DNA of 64,000 nt from Botryllus schlosseri (GCA_051294905.1 CM119375.1:3410001-3474000); one strand, 5' to 3'; positions 22,940 to 37,575 are shown, counted from the stretch's first letter. Notes: generated by a model from the letters alone, not told the origin. Program-made: numbers and translations.

Positions 22940-23329
22940 CAAGTAAAATGACTCGAAACATTCTACGTGATTTGAATCAAGTCTCGTGTATCAGGACCGA
23001 TACTCCAACCATAGAAACTGTCATTTTTCTGTTTGAATAAACATGTTAAGAGTTAGAAAAGTGAGCATATTCTGAGTGCATGGTCTTCGATATCGCCCAA
23101 TATTAGGCAGAAGTGAGTTGAACCTAACTTAAACTCGATAATAAACGGTGAACATCATGACTCGGACTCAAGTCTCAACAATATGACTCGGACTCGACCC
23201 GTTTCTCCCTGATATGGACTCGGACTTTAGTCGGTGGTGAATTGATAGTGACTCGACCGGACTTGAGTCAAAACTATAGCTCGAAGCCTAGTCATTTAGC
23301 TCGAAGCGTAGTGATTTGCGATAACCCTG
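22940..23329. mobile_element. hAT MITE family F, 5'-truncated, abutting the SINE head
   Basis: GACTCG(G) arrays and terminal ATAACCCTG; internal segments (AAAAGTGAG...AAGTGAGTTGAA) match 7500-7700. Confidence 0.7.
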
Positions 23330-24224
23330 CATTTCACTCTAGTTAGGGAAGTATTATTATCTATAGTCCAAGTTTGTCATTACCACAAAAGTACGTTTGA
23401 ATGTAGATATTTCTATTCTCAATTACAAATCCTACAGAGCCTACATCACGGGTCCTAACAATAAACAAAATGTGATTTCCCTATGAACCATCCATGATTA
23501 AAGTTACGAACTGAACGCTATATATTTTTAGTGTGTGATCTGGAAAGAGTAGGCCTATATAACACCGGATAGAGCCGCATTGAGACCACCCAACATATTT
23601 AACTACAACGTATATAAAAGATAAGGATTTGTTATTGAGAAAATTCGTTCAGCTCACTTAGTGTCGGTCTATTTAAAATACGATAAATATGAGTATATAC
23701 GAGGCTGCCTCAGCGCCGGTCTTATAGAGCGATTTGTTGAGAAATCTTAGCACCGTCGTTTACAAGTGATTTCACCGGTTAAGACTGTTTGGAAAGCACC
23801 AGTACATTACCAGGTGTGGCACTCAATCAATACCTCGCGGAGACGGCAACATAGGAAGGTCGCCGACCGTTACGGAAGAAGAGGGAAAAGCTTTGTTTGG
23901 AAACACAGGATTAGTCCCAAAATACACGAATTAAACGCGGCATTTACGAACGCTTCAAAATGATATGAGTCGTGGTCAACGTAATCAATCGACGGTTCAT
24001 ATATTTAAGTTCCGTTATTCATTGAAGTTTTCTCTTAAGTTGTTATGCAAATATGATGTTTTCAAAAAGCAATATTGCTGGACAAATAAAACACTGTGAT
24101 CTAGTAATAATGATACAGTACCTACACACTAAATTCAAGGCGAGCAGTTAGACACCACATTTCAACAAAATGTAGGTGTTCGTCAATATTATGATTATGA
24201 TCCCAATGCATAATGTGGTGTTTA

Positions 24225-25236
24225 CAGAGGTGGTAAAAGTAGTCAAGGAAGCTACTCAAGTAGAAGTAGAAGTAGCGACGGGAAAATCTACTCAAGTACA
24301 AGTAGAAGTACTTCTTCCATAAGCAACCTGAAACTACTTGAAGTAGAAGTAGAATTGACCGAATTTAAATCTACTCAAGTAAGTAAGTAGTTTTGAAAAC
24401 AGTCTTAATTCGTTCGCATGGACTGTCAAAAGCTGCAAATTGAGCTATGCGGAACGTGCAGAGAGCTCAATTCGTATTGTTGCATCCCATGAGGTAACAA
24501 ATTTCGACAGAATAAGCATTCGTCCGCATCATGGGATGCAAATTATAGTATTGATATGAAAATGTGATACTAAGCTTTTGTTTAGTAGAATACTACGTTT
24601 AAGAGAACATCATGTCATGGCGCCCGACCCCATATGATAAGGCCCCAAGTTTAGGCGAAGAGCAGTACAGAGAAGTTGTATCGGATACGGTTTCAACTTT
24701 TTGCGCGATTAGTATACGTTAATAACAAATATTGTGGATCGTAAAACTTATACTTAGTGTAACTTTATTTTCGGAAAATAGAGGCATTACTACAGTTGCG
24801 TTTATGCTTCAATATATGTTCTGCAGACAAAAGAACTGAACGTAATTAGAACTCAAAGTATGATACTCGGAATTGAATGTGAAATACAAATGCCACTTCT
24901 AAAAAGCGGAAAATATATTTCATGTGTCACGCCATAACTACTGTGCGCGAAGCGCAACAAAATCTCTGGGCTTTACTTGACTTTTATGAACATTAAATGT
25001 TGGCACTTCGTGAAAACAGCCCCGAAATTTCTCAGGCTATCTTCCGTATTGGGGGATTAAACTACTTCTACTTGACAAACTGAAAATAGCGAAAAGTAAG
25101 TAAGTAGATCACAAAATATTACGAAGTAGAAGTAGAAGTAGAGAAAATCAGATCTACTTGAGTAAGTAGCAGAAGTAGAGGGAAACTACTTGAGTACTTC
25201 CAAAAAGTAGAAGTACTTCGTTACTGACCACCTCTG
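24225..25236. mobile_element. hAT non-autonomous element family D (AAGTAGAAGTAG subterminal arrays)
   Basis: TIRs CAGAGGTGGT / ACCACCTCTG; perfect 8-bp TSD GGTGTTTA (24217-24224, 25237-25244). Confidence 0.92.
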
Positions 25237-27752
25237 GGTGTTTAGTTGGGGTGCTAGGCGTTAAGTTAGATACCACATTGTGCATTCATTCAAACAATTT
25301 TAGCCATACTTAAAATATCTTGAAATACGTTGTCTAAATACACACCTCGAATTTAGAGTGTACAAGTTGTACAATTACCAGATTATCCGCTTTTTAAAAT
25401 TGGATTAGAATTAGAATATTCGAGCCACACCATTTTTTCAATTCTGATTAGAATTAGAATTTCTGAATTTCGCGATGATTTGGAAATTGATTTAAATTCC
25501 GAATCGGAAAGAAAGAAGTACAACAAAAATGAAGTTTACATCATATGTTTACTTAGTGTGATTTGATTATATACAACTAGAATCATCTGATCGCTAATGT
25601 GTCATGTAATTTCGTAGGTAACACACAATCGGTGGATATTAGCATACTATATGCCATTATGCATAAATTGTTTTTGAGTGACTACTATATATAAAGGCAA
25701 ATTCAAGATTCAATGACATACGAGTGCACGGGAAAATTACAAAATAATTACATGTTACCCACCAACCGAAACCAGAACACCTCACGCTTGCGCAAACGTT
25801 TGCGTCCCAAACAATGACCATGAAATATAAAACATGGTACCATATCGAATGTTGAAAAACCATATTAAATCACGATCTCATTAAAGTTGGTAGATCACTC
25901 AACGTGTACGTTATGAGGTACTGACCTTATGCTATTGTGGTACAATGTATACATGCCCTTTCACAGATTCAGAGTAACTGAAGCTGCCGGGGTCAGATAA
26001 GATATCACAAGACCACGGAAAAGACTTGCAACTCAAGACTTCGCTGCGATGACATGGGTTTAGTTCTCGGTGACTTTATTGACCGATGGCTTTCGGGTGA
26101 GTTTAGGGTATGAGAACGCGTAATTCGTTCGCCAAAATATTTTTCTTGCTTTTTCGAAACAGGCAGCCGTATCTAGCAGATCTTTTGCTGCGTGGCTCAC
26201 TGACTGATACAAATGACGTGGAATCATCAGAAAGAAGCGCTGCACCATCAGGAAAATATTTTGCATTAGTCTTTGTCACATATTTACGTCAGACGGTCGA
26301 GTCGTGATTGTAACCGATTCGCTCGATCGAACGTATCGTAAAGGCACCGTTGTAACTTGTTGTTATGACGGGTAACTACAAATTCTCATCAGCTCTCGAA
26401 TGATGACCGTCTGCATAATATTGCTGGGGGTAAACTCATGATTAGGAAATACACGTAAAGTAGCTGAGGGAATTTTGACTATGACTTTGAAATTACGTAT
26501 TATAGGGCACTTCATCTCCAATTTCGATCGATATGGTGTGCTTGATTGATCGGTAAACCAGCATTCTTTGAATACGAATTAGCCTATTTGAATATCGTAA
26601 CACGTAGGTACTCATCGCCAATCAAGTTTTACCGATCCCAGTCATCGCGCTTGGCCGGAAACATGATGAACATTAAACACTTTATGTTATAAACGAATAT
26701 GAATAGGAAAGGTGCACTTTTAACCATTCTCAAAGTAATCATGTTTGGTATACTCAGAAACTGAGGTTCCCAACCTTTTTGTATGTCGGCGACGCAAACA
26801 CTCGAGTAGGCTACGTATAACGAAAATTTAAAGGTAGCTAGCCTACATCTAGATCTCACCATCCAGCTAATTCAAAAGCATGCACATAGACTTCTATGGA
26901 TTCTATAGCGGCTATTTAGCATTTATAGACGCAGATTGGCGAGTGCTATACATTGAGATAAACTGACAATGCATATAATTACTACATCAGCGTACTATAT
27001 ATGTCGGTATGTGATCGCTCCTCAGTCCTCATACATTCCAGCACTTAATGCACAAGTTTGAAGGGGATTATGCGCTGAGCAATATTGGTAATAATGTAAT
27101 TTATACTTCACTATATGAGCCGTTATTTTGATGTCAGTAAAATTGCGTCGAAATCTACTATTCGCAGCGTCGATCTATATAGGTCTCTGACCAGCTGAAC
27201 TCAGGATATATGATTTTATGACGGGTATCTATTCATCCATGCGTTTGACGCTAGTCTGCAAGAATTCTCTTTCCCCGTTATCGGAAGCGGCTTTGGGTGG
27301 CTTTAAATATAACTAATATCCAAATTGACTATATCTTTATATCTTTATATCTTACAGCTGTCTGTAATATTTTTGTGGCATATTCAGATGTCAATCATAG
27401 CCGCAAGAAGGCTTGCTTGGAGCCGTGGTTGGGAATCACTGTTCAAGAAGAACTATATAGGTGTAGTAGTATATGCAATGCATATACATATTATGCATAG
27501 TACACTAAATTAAAAGAAGATGTAGCGATTTCCAGGGCATGTCAAAAATACTTTAAATAGAAATGAAGATAAAGACCTGAAAAGTACTAAAGTGTTAGTT
27601 TCGAAAAGTAGATTTGGTCGGTTTATTTCAATATCCAATGCTATATCTACTGACACACATCACAATACACATAGATTGAGGGGTAAATTTAGTTGCCAAT
27701 ATGTAAAAAGGGGTATGGAACCGCTGGTTGTTGTTTTTGTTTGTAGTATTCA

Positions 27753-28013
27753 TGGTGTTTGACGACTACTAAGGTATTTATACCAGGCCAATTTTCTTCA
27801 TTTTTATTCCGTATCTGCCGACTTGTAGCACTGCCTACTTCCAGACTTTTACAAGATGCAGTTTACACGGATGAGATGGCGAAGAGGAGCCTAGATAAAC
27901 CTCCAAAACTTTGGTAGGTATTCTGGAGTCGACCTCGGTCGGACTCGAACCCAAAATCCATTGGTATTGCAGCTGTGGTCCTGTGGATTATACCACTATG
28001 CTATCTCGCCACC
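27753..28013 (-). mobile_element. tRNA-derived SINE copy
   Basis: GAGGAGCCTAGATAAACCTCC...GGACTCGAACCC...CCATTGGT; its 3' part TTCCGTATCTGCCGACTTGTAG matches 55880. Confidence 0.75.
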
Positions 28014-30886
28014 GCTAGTATAGCGAATCATGTCTACTGCGGGACTTATATACAATCGCCGTAACTTTAGTAATGATGTCTCTATATTTCCAAATGCTTC
28101 CCTAATTGTTGGTAGAACTTGCAGATATAGATTTATGATGTGATTGGCCGCATGGGCTAGGTGTATTTACTAACGTGATCTATCAACTATCATTCTCCGG
28201 TTCGCCATTGCGTAGAGCTGTATTCCTGATTCAATGGCAACTATAGTAATGTAATCTGAAAAAGTTAGGGATGCGGACTCGTGAATAGGCTAACCATGCT
28301 TATTTCTCATAAGTATGAAGTTAACCACCATTCTATCCCATGTCTCGGTAATAATTTTCAGATGACGACAATTGTGTTCAGCATTCAACAAGTGCTGTTT
28401 CAGTTATAAATAACAGCGCTTTAGGCTTCCCATACTATACCAGTCTTTGACGTAACCAGCGTATGATCATACCACGGCTGCGGATCGTAGCATCACAACA
28501 TTCACGAGATATTCACGCGCACACTTTGTTTTCGTGTAGTGGGATCTGCATGAGCACAAACTAGTTTGCTAGTTCCCAGTCCATTAGAGTCGAATTACTC
28601 GCGCCACGAGACCTTTTTCGATTTCCATAATTAAATTCTCACTGGGATATCTTACGTCCAACGAAAACCTTTTGCAGTTAACAGACGCTTTCATGTCGAT
28701 TAATTTGCTCCCATAATTTAACACCTGTTTTGAGTTTGGGATATAATACTACTTCACGAATCGGACACTGTACAGAGCGTACTTCTGTAGAGAAATCATT
28801 TTTAGACATTCATCGTGGGAGTGCTCTAAGATTTCAATTCCGTGTCATTACCCCTGATAATCCCTATTGACAATTCGTGGATCTACAGACATGTGCATGT
28901 AATAATGCTGGACGTGACGGGCAATTCTAAATCGATTACTATAAATAAACTATACACCTAGTTTAAATATTTTATTTCTGTGGGCTATATACTGCGACTG
29001 GGTACGCCCCTTCCTCTTTCAGATATAATAACATGTCTTCACGTCTCGTCCATGGTCACAAAATCACAATATACGATATTGTTAACGTATATTGCATATC
29101 GCCGTCGTGTGAAAAGCCAATCGACATGCTGCATCTATCCAGCATTCTAATATTTTCATCTTGATGAACCGATAACTGTAATTCCTGAGATTAAACAGAA
29201 TTACATGTTCATGATCGCTTAACTTCGTTAAATATTTGTTTGAATAACGAGTTATTCTATTACTGTAGATAAAATCAGTGGATAGAGTGGCGCTTATCCC
29301 GTCTATAGGATTTTTGCCCAACGGATAATTTTACGCTACACATAGAGGACATTACTATAACGAAAATGGCATACTGCACATGTGCTGATAAACAGTATAA
29401 ATAGGTTGAGATTTCCATACAAAAGCATTTGATATGTTGCAACTAAATGGTCGACAGATACATTTTTGTATTTAATTGCATACATGTTCATTATACAATT
29501 GCATAATATCTCGGTATTGGTGTATAATATATGAATGAGTATCACGCAGTAAAATCAACTTGTGTACATCCTTCAATTACTACTAATTCATTCACGACCA
29601 AGCAACGAGGGACAACATAATCTTAACAATCGCCTATTTGTAAATTTATTAGCGTCGACATTGCTGCTTTGTTGTCAGGGGCAATATACTTTACTGCTCA
29701 ACGGAGTAAGAATCAGTGCGCGCGAGTGATAAGCGTTTTATACCCGCGGCGAAAGACACAGTGTGTCGAAGTCACACCGGCCATTTTCCACTGGAACGAG
29801 TGACGTCGAAGACGCTTGTGAAAATATCACTTTACCGACACGAAATCCCTCTAAAATCGCAGGTTCGAGCAGAGCTATCAAGCGCAAGCTATATTCTCGA
29901 AGTTAAACCCGTGCCAGTGTGTGACTATTCTTTGGCGTACCGGAGAGATCATATAATACAGCGTTATGATGTTTTGGAAACTGGATCGGAAGTAATCCCA
30001 ACCGATCAAGCTACACCTTGGAATATTATAAATGCTGGATCACCGAGACCACACATGACGGGTAAACGTCACGGCCGGGACTCTTTGGCGGTAGATCCAA
30101 ATCTTTAGTGGAAATGCTTTAACGAAGTATAAAAGGCAAACGAAGCTTTCATGTCAATGTAATCTAGCTTATCCAGGAGTTGCGTCAACGTGTCGTGACT
30201 TTGTGTCGCAGCCCGCGATAATAATATGCCAACTCGGCACGAAGGATTCTATGCAAATGCACATAGACATCAACGGTATATTCGGAGCGCAGTATTTCGA
30301 ACATTTGGTTATCTGAGGAACTGATGACAAATATGTAATGATTGTATAATGCATTGCTAGTAGACTTGTACAAACTGCTGGATTTTCAAAGTGCACAAAG
30401 AGAACTAGAACTAGGCCTACTCATTTTCACAACTTGCATTTAGAGCTAGAACTATACAACTTAAGACCTTTGAAAATCCGCAACTACTTGAGAGACAGCG
30501 GAGTATAGGTTCAATTCCGAAACAACTTATTAATTTTTAGTATATCGGAATAGGATCAGTTTTGCACATAACGGGATTTCGTTTTTGAGGTGAGGGCGGG
30601 GGTACTAACATCAAAACCAACCCCTGGCTAAGCCACTGTTAGCAGTGATGAGTGATGACCCTGAGCTAGCAATGGCTGCGAGAACATCACTCAACAGAAC
30701 ACCGACCTTTCCGATTGTTCCGCAACTATTTTTGCTATATGCGGATCTAGAACTGTGACTTGAAGAGCTTCTTGAAGGTTCTTTAATATACAATTCAACT
30801 TCAACTTCAATCCAATTCAATTCAACTTCAGTATACAATTCGAAATTGCATGCCGGTGACGTCATATTTTGTGATACGATCGTTGA

Positions 30887-31384
30887 AAAAGGTCGACCGA
30901 TTTATCGACCTGGCCGATTATCGAGGCCGATATTTTATATATATATAAAATTCAAAATTATTGTAAATCTAATGATCCGTGTTCTCAATCTCATGAAATC
31001 GACTACGCAAAGGGCGACACGTGACTGATTTACCCTTGCAGGAAGAGTTTATGGGCAGACATGCATAACGAATAACTATGCTTCCTGCAATACAATCTAC
31101 CTCTACTGGCCTGATCTGCAATTCTGTATCCCATTTTGCTTTTTGGGTTGTCCCAAATTTCACAAATAAGCAATAATTCTTTTTAATTTCAGTTTTCTCC
31201 TTTGTTGTTTAGCTTTCAGTGGCATGTACAAGTGCCATCTTGGCTAACATATAATATTTTGGCGAAATGGTTCTCTGCTTCTTCCATATTGATATCAGCC
31301 GATGATATCGGTTATCGGCCTTGTGAGTGTGTCGATAATCGGTATCGGTATCGGCCTGCAAAAAGCAATATCGGTCGACCTCCA
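30887..31384. mobile_element. hAT MITE family B, second copy
   Basis: GGTCGACCGAT...ATCGGTATCGGTATCGGCC...ATCGGTCGACCTCC; the internal sequence is collinear with 10481-11035. Left TIR and TSD are degenerate. Confidence 0.85.
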
Positions 31385-31404
31385 TAATGTTGATATGCAA
31401 TATT

Positions 31405-31500
31405 CTTTCCCATTCTCTACTATAGTTGTTGACGATTACCCATGACGAGTGTCAGCCGAAAATATTCGGATTCATTTCAATGTGAATATACCATTCAATA
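31405..31500. mobile_element. Foldback family A, single arm
   Basis: TTCTCTACTATAGTTGTTGACGATTACCCATGACGAGTGTCAGCCGAAAATATTCGGATTCATTTCAATGTGAATATA. Confidence 0.75.
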
Positions 31501-32508
31501 GAACTGGAACTACGTACCTTTAATAATCTGAGACTAGGACGAATACTACTCAAAAGCAGTAGTAAAAATCTGACTGTTACTGAGTATAGTTTGCAGGTTT
31601 CAGTTTTCAAAGCAGCAAAATACATAGTCGAATAGAAGTCTTGTTGATATATTATTTATCATTCAAGGTATTTCGACATCGTTGGTCATTTTGGGCCGAT
31701 ATGGTTTGCTATACGTTTCCGCAGCTGTCGGGTTGGAGAAATCTTCGTAAGACATGAACACTGAACAGACATAAGAACCCCCAACAATGGCAAGAACGGA
31801 ATCTGGAGTTCACCTCTGCATATGGGTTCGTGAACTCAAAATATCGCATACGCTATGGCAGCGGTTTTGCCTCTTCATTTTTCCTTACGACTCAGCCCGA
31901 ACGCTTACAAATTAACAGAATCTGGTCTTGTTCTTTCATACCCGGAACCGCAGACATCTGTCTCGGCCGGCGTTCAATTGCGCACGAATACAATATTAGC
32001 TGGAAATACCCGCCCAAACAACGAAGGAGCGTGTTTGTGGTTTCTTTCATGTATATCCATAGGTATGAGACTTGCCCTATATTAACAATAACTAAGACCG
32101 TGATTACGCTTTTAAATGGTTAGGTGGATGTTTGTGTATAACCTATGGATATAGCACATATTTTACCTTCCGACTTCACGGGTGTATATTATAGTCGACA
32201 ACAAACAGTCATGTAGGGATTTATGGGTTATTTCGAGTCATGAGATAATTGAAGTCATCCGGTACGCTTTCTTGCAGTAATATTATTCGCAGACCTTCGG
32301 GTAAATTGGCATTGCAAACAATACGCCCGATCAATTTTTATACACCTTGTTCCGGAAATAGTCATCTTCACTAGTCTCATTTGTATATTAACCTGATTGT
32401 TTTACTATTGAGCAGAGGGGGGCAGTACCGAAATTCTTCTACTTATCCTTACACTTCAAGTAGATTTTGCTTACTTGCGCTGCGCCCTCAAGAGGGTATG
32501 TTTTAAAG

Positions 32509-33193
32509 CAAGGGTCACCAAAACGCGGCCGAGAGTTCATATTTTGTGGCCCGCGACCTGATTTCAGATTTCGGAAGAATGATATGTATAGCATTTTGAG
32601 TTTCTGCAATTGTTTCAGTTTTAAAATATTGTTTTTGTTCAAAGTAAGCCCTTTTCCTGCGCCCAAGATCACTATTCCTTACTGTAGCTGATACGGCTTC
32701 AGCGACTGTAATAGCATTCCATGGAGGAAGAATTAACTGGCATGAATGGTTATATTGCATTGTCGTGCTATGGCCCAGAAACTGCCAAGACCTAAACGCC
32801 TAGAAAATGACTAGGGGCTTCCCCATAACATCAAGCTTTGCGAGGAGGTAGTTTTCAAGCAAGTACCGTGTCTAGATAGCCCCAATATCGATTCTTTAGT
32901 CTGTGAAAAGTGTTGTCATGTATCGTGAGCAGCTCAGTTAAAAATAGAATAATAGTTATGATCCTGATATTTTTTAATGTATTTGTTATTTGTTTAATAT
33001 ACAATTATTTCATTTGTGGTGACTACGCATGTTGCCCATGTTAGAGAGCACTGCGTAGTACTGACCTAAAGTTATAAAAACGTGGTTGTTAAACTTTGTG
33101 ACCTATTTGTTTTCGATATTGAATTCATGCGGCCCGTGTTATATACTAAATTTGATCAGTAGACCGCGACCTGTTTTGAGTTGGCGACCCCTG
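32509..33193. mobile_element. hAT (Buster/Charlie-type) MITE
   Basis: Ends CAAGGGTCACCAA / TTGGCGACCCCTG with GGCCCG motifs; TSD TTTTAAAG / TTTTAGAG (7/8). Confidence 0.8.
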
Positions 33194-33199
33194 TTTTAG

Positions 33200-33371
33200 A
33201 GACTATACGTCTACTTCGATTTAGCAGTGTACAGTTTTTCGGGAAAGCTAAGCTTACAATACATACTTTTCGACTCATCTACCTCTACTTGTAGGCCTAC
33301 ATGAGTAGAATTTTACGACGTCATCTTTACTTTTATTTGAGTACCAATGATAGCTTATTTTTCCACCTCTG
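33200..33371. mobile_element. Family D remnant (reverse orientation)
   Basis: CTACCTCTACTTG...TTGAGTACC...TTCCACCTCTG terminus matches the family D TIR. Confidence 0.6.
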
Positions 33372-33718
33372 ATGTTAGATAACACCATGAACCCCGGACT
33401 TTTAGGCTCAGTATGACACTGCCCGCGTGGTGTACGTCTCTAAGAGGGGTCTAGAGATCAGCTTCCAGCACTTTGATCCGAGTCAATACAATCGTGCAAG
33501 ATGCGTAGATTCACTATATTAAAAAGCCGTTTGTGGTAATCCTTGCAATATTTAGGCGGCAAGTTATCATTGAAGTCACATATTGAAGCATTGGTTTTCC
33601 AAGGCACTTTAGACTCCGCCATGCAGCGTAATTTCTTCTACCAGATGACATGTAATAGAGCCACGATTCCTATTTGAGCGCGATTCTGGTGTATGGAGAA
33701 GAAGTTCATTAGCGCCGC

Positions 33719-33910
33719 CCCTGTTTTAATGACTTGAGTCGCAATTTGTCGTTGACTCGACGTGACTCGAGTAATTTTCTTTAAAATGGTGAATGACCCG
33801 AATCGACTTCAGCGACTTTGTGCATTGACTCGACTTGTACTCGAGCCCTGTGCTAACTTATACTAGGACTTGACTCGGTCATAAATTGCAAATGATTCGA
33901 CTTGACTGTA
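33719..33910. mobile_element. Family F remnant
   Basis: TGACTTGAGTC...GACTCGACGTGACTCGAGT...GACTCGACTTGTACTCGA matches 62144-62270. Confidence 0.6.
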
Positions 33911-34714
33911 GTGAAAACTATAAAAGTTGACTTGCGATTCGGAAACCTGTGGCTTGGTTACAGCATGGTGAAATGTGGCTAACGCTGCAATGTCTTACGT
34001 GTATGTAATCGCCATCCAAAGCTCTTTCGAGTGACTGACAAGCCGGGCGAGATAACTGTGAGCACACACTTAAGCCGTCCACTTGCACAGGGACGATTTT
34101 CACATGGTAGATTAAATAACCTCTCGACCCTGTTACTACAACTGGACATGATACATAGCTGCTTTATGTCACACAATACATCTTGACTGAATTATTCAGC
34201 GATGGATATTTGCCGACACGGGTGATTTGAAAGCAAATTGGTACAAACATCTCAGCCACACACACCGTGTATGTATCACATTGTGGGAGAAAGTAACCGG
34301 CGAACGTATGACCCCGGGTTCGTATGGTGTTCATAAATACGAATTAATGATAAACAGTTCAGTTATGGTATCGGTATGATATTTAGGTGCGGCTCTCTCG
34401 ATGTGGATGACGTTCTCATACGAAAATCCAAGTGGATGACAACTCAAAGAAAGACAAGGGGGATCACGAAACAGTCGAATGCATACTGCGATCCCCCATA
34501 AAAATGATGATAACAGTAACAGCAATAAAACATGATCGTTGTTGCTTGATGTTCATTGCATTTAGACCGTACCCCCTGGTCATTTACATCGGCCTATATA
34601 GCCTACCTTATTGCGATTCCTGATCTGCCGTCTTGTAGGACGGACCACTTTCGTTCAAGTTGCTGCAGAGACCGCTTATACGCGCGTACCACATGACACG
34701 ATGAATAAAATATA

Positions 34715-34955
34715 CAATTGAATAGTAAATTCATATAGGTAAATACCGCCAAATATCTGAGGTAACGCTCGACAGGGGTAATTGTCCATTTATTCCATTA
34801 CGTATATACTATTCAATGGCTTCTTGGGGGTACAGAACGTCAATACATAATTGAATAGTATATTCATATTGAAAAGAAGACGGGCATTTTAGTTAACGCT
34901 CGTTAGGGGTAATCGTCGGTTTATTTCAATTTCTGCACCTCCAAGAAGCTATTTG
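34715..34955. mobile_element. Two adjacent foldback family A arms (other single arms at 36091-36175 and 44630-44760)
   Basis: CAATTGAATAGTA(A/T)ATTCATAT...AGGGGTAAT(T/C)GTC occurs twice; hairpin extension GGCTTCTTGGGGGTACAGAACGTCAATA before the second arm. Confidence 0.6.
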
Positions 34956-37575
34956 AGTAAAATTGGTAAACGAGAGACCCTAGTGAATTACAAGTTTCTT
35001 TAGCGCCAGTTTTACTAAATTAATTGCTATCATCCACCTTTAGTCACTTGTTGGGCCTAATTTTATCACTATGCTAATACATAACCGAATTTTTACAAGG
35101 TAGCTGGTTTGTATTTGAGAAACATACAAATGTCAAAAATAATTCGCGAGATCAATACAAATGACGAAATCCTTATGAAATTGGTTTCAGTTATCTCACG
35201 GAGATCGCCGCTTCGTTCCCATAATTCCACAACAATCCGTCAGTCTTCGTGTAGTAATACCAAGGTTTTGTTTGATCTGCCTTATCGATATGAAAATATT
35301 GCTATCGGTGTTCACGGTACATGGCGTATCGGTTTTCAGAGCGAGTATAACGGTATAACTCGGCTATCATTGGCAATCAACTAGTTCCTATTTCTAATCA
35401 AGAATTACTAACAGTGGTTAAAAACCCATTCGTATACTGGGCAAATGGCAATATAACATGTCTCGATTGGTAACAGGTATTTTGGTTCTAAGCACACAAT
35501 TCAAAGGCTACATATTATAGATTGCATGGTATCATTCAGGATTCCTTGCTGCTATAGTGTGACGTAAGTTGGATGTGATGCCGAAGTGTAGGTGAAGTTG
35601 GTGAATGGTATAGTATCACCCATAAATATCACACTAAGTATCACATATACATCACATCATGTTGAATTCGAAACGATTCTACGACGTGCTTGTGATCTAC
35701 AACAAAATTCGAATTAACAGCAACGTCCACAATAAGATAAAAATGTACTTCTTATCAGCTTATACTGAATTTGAAGGCGAGCAAAACATCCACCAAACGC
35801 AATCACGAAAGCCCAAAGTAGTAACTCCCTTTGATCGAAATTTCCTGACGTTCAAATTCCGGTAATAGAGACGAATGAACGTGTACTGGTCTTTGAATAA
35901 TTCCTGAAGCTAATTATCTTTGATGTTGCAGAGATAACGGAGGGGCGCGTCATGCGTTAAATTACACAAGTGAAATTAACAGAGAACAGGGGGAATTTTT
36001 GCTGGAGTAGGTAATTATTTGTGTTCATGAGAATATCCAAAGTCTTTTATTGAACTGGACCAATATGACAGTCGTTGTTGACGATGTTTACAATTGAATA
36101 ATATATTCATATTGTAGTAAACTGGAGTATTTTCGGCTGGTCCTGGATAATCGTCAACGACTTAGAGAATTCAAAAGAACTTTGTATACGTCAACGTCGC
36201 ATCACCAATGTGAGTGTTATAATTTGGTATAAAACCTCATTACAAACCGTTTTGTCGAATATTTGTTGTGCCATAACACAGATTTTAATCGTGTGACCAT
36301 AACCAGGCCAATCAGAGTCTAATTTAATTCGTTTTCGGCAAGACGGGCGGTTACGGACGCCCAGTTGTGGTTGGCGGCTTTAGAGTTTCGATTGTGAGTT
36401 TCCATATACGTTTATACACGATATAGGCCACCTAACCCTAGCTTATTCGATTACACTGAATCTTCACTAGAAAACTCGGATATCATCATATTTTTGAACT
36501 CGATAAAAGTTTCAAGGTTAGGTAAGGAACTGTGTGGCAAGCTGATAACCTCGAATACCCTTGGCGCACAGTATTGCATGGGTAAACAAATCGAATCGAG
36601 CATAAGATCTTATTGGTATCATTTACCTCTGTAACGTTATTATGTCGCAGAAAATGGTACTATTACAAAAGCGATACAAAACATTAGTAGCGATATAGAG
36701 TAGAGACAAATTCCAATCACTTGAACGTATTTTATTTGTGATGTGATGGAATGAGCAGGTTATTAAAACTATTTCAGTACACTGCGACTCTAATGCAGCA
36801 CTGTGAGTAGCATAAAAAGGCTACTCAACCTTGGTTAAGTCGTGTCGTTATATATCAAATCACGTGCAATTGTGCATTCTATCTGTTGCTTGCAACGTTT
36901 CAATCTTTGATGTTGATAGTAGCCTACATCGCTAGTAACATGGACTTGCATACATAACCATGACTATGATTGCATAACTTATAAATGCGCGAGAATATTT
37001 TTGACAATACAGTCATCTATCAGACTATCACTCATCCGATGCGTATTCTCTCGATTTTATTGCGAAAGAAAAAGGAGTTTTCATTTTTATTACGCGGTCT
37101 GTTGGTATCAGGCTCAATCGTATCGATGGATTTCCAATGAAACGTCTCTCGCTTTTGCGTTCTGCATGAAACTGCGGGTACATATAAATAAGATGATGTT
37201 TGTCTAGCTGTTTCAGACAGATTGCCGTGTAACAAGACGAGGGATTCTGTAGATATAGGTTGGCCATTCTTCTTATGTAATATACATAGTCTAGTTAATT
37301 TAATATAAACAGTACAACGTATAGTAAATGAGATCGATAATAACAACCCTATTGTGCCTTCGAAATGAAAGTCCAAGTTGAGAAATTATTGCTATAATAG
37401 GTGTAAGGTAATGTGATATATTACACCAAATGCATAATTTTATAACTAAACATCGTACATTAGGCAGAAGATTCAGTATTCACTACATTGACTATAGCTT
37501 ATCGCAGCAAAAACCCAAATGAAATTCAAGTATTTGCTTTGCGCATTCAGATATTACTCTTGCATAAATTGTAAC

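Noticed and set aside
29716-30280. 130-aa ORF at 29716-30108 and a possible phase 1-1 exon near 30178-30273
   Set aside because: No recognisable domain, no partner exons found, and composition is compatible with a chance ORF.
37519-37575. In-frame upstream ATG extending dmrt2 copy A by 19 aa
   Set aside because: It lies upstream of a splice acceptor that is mirrored in copy B, and copy B has no such extension.
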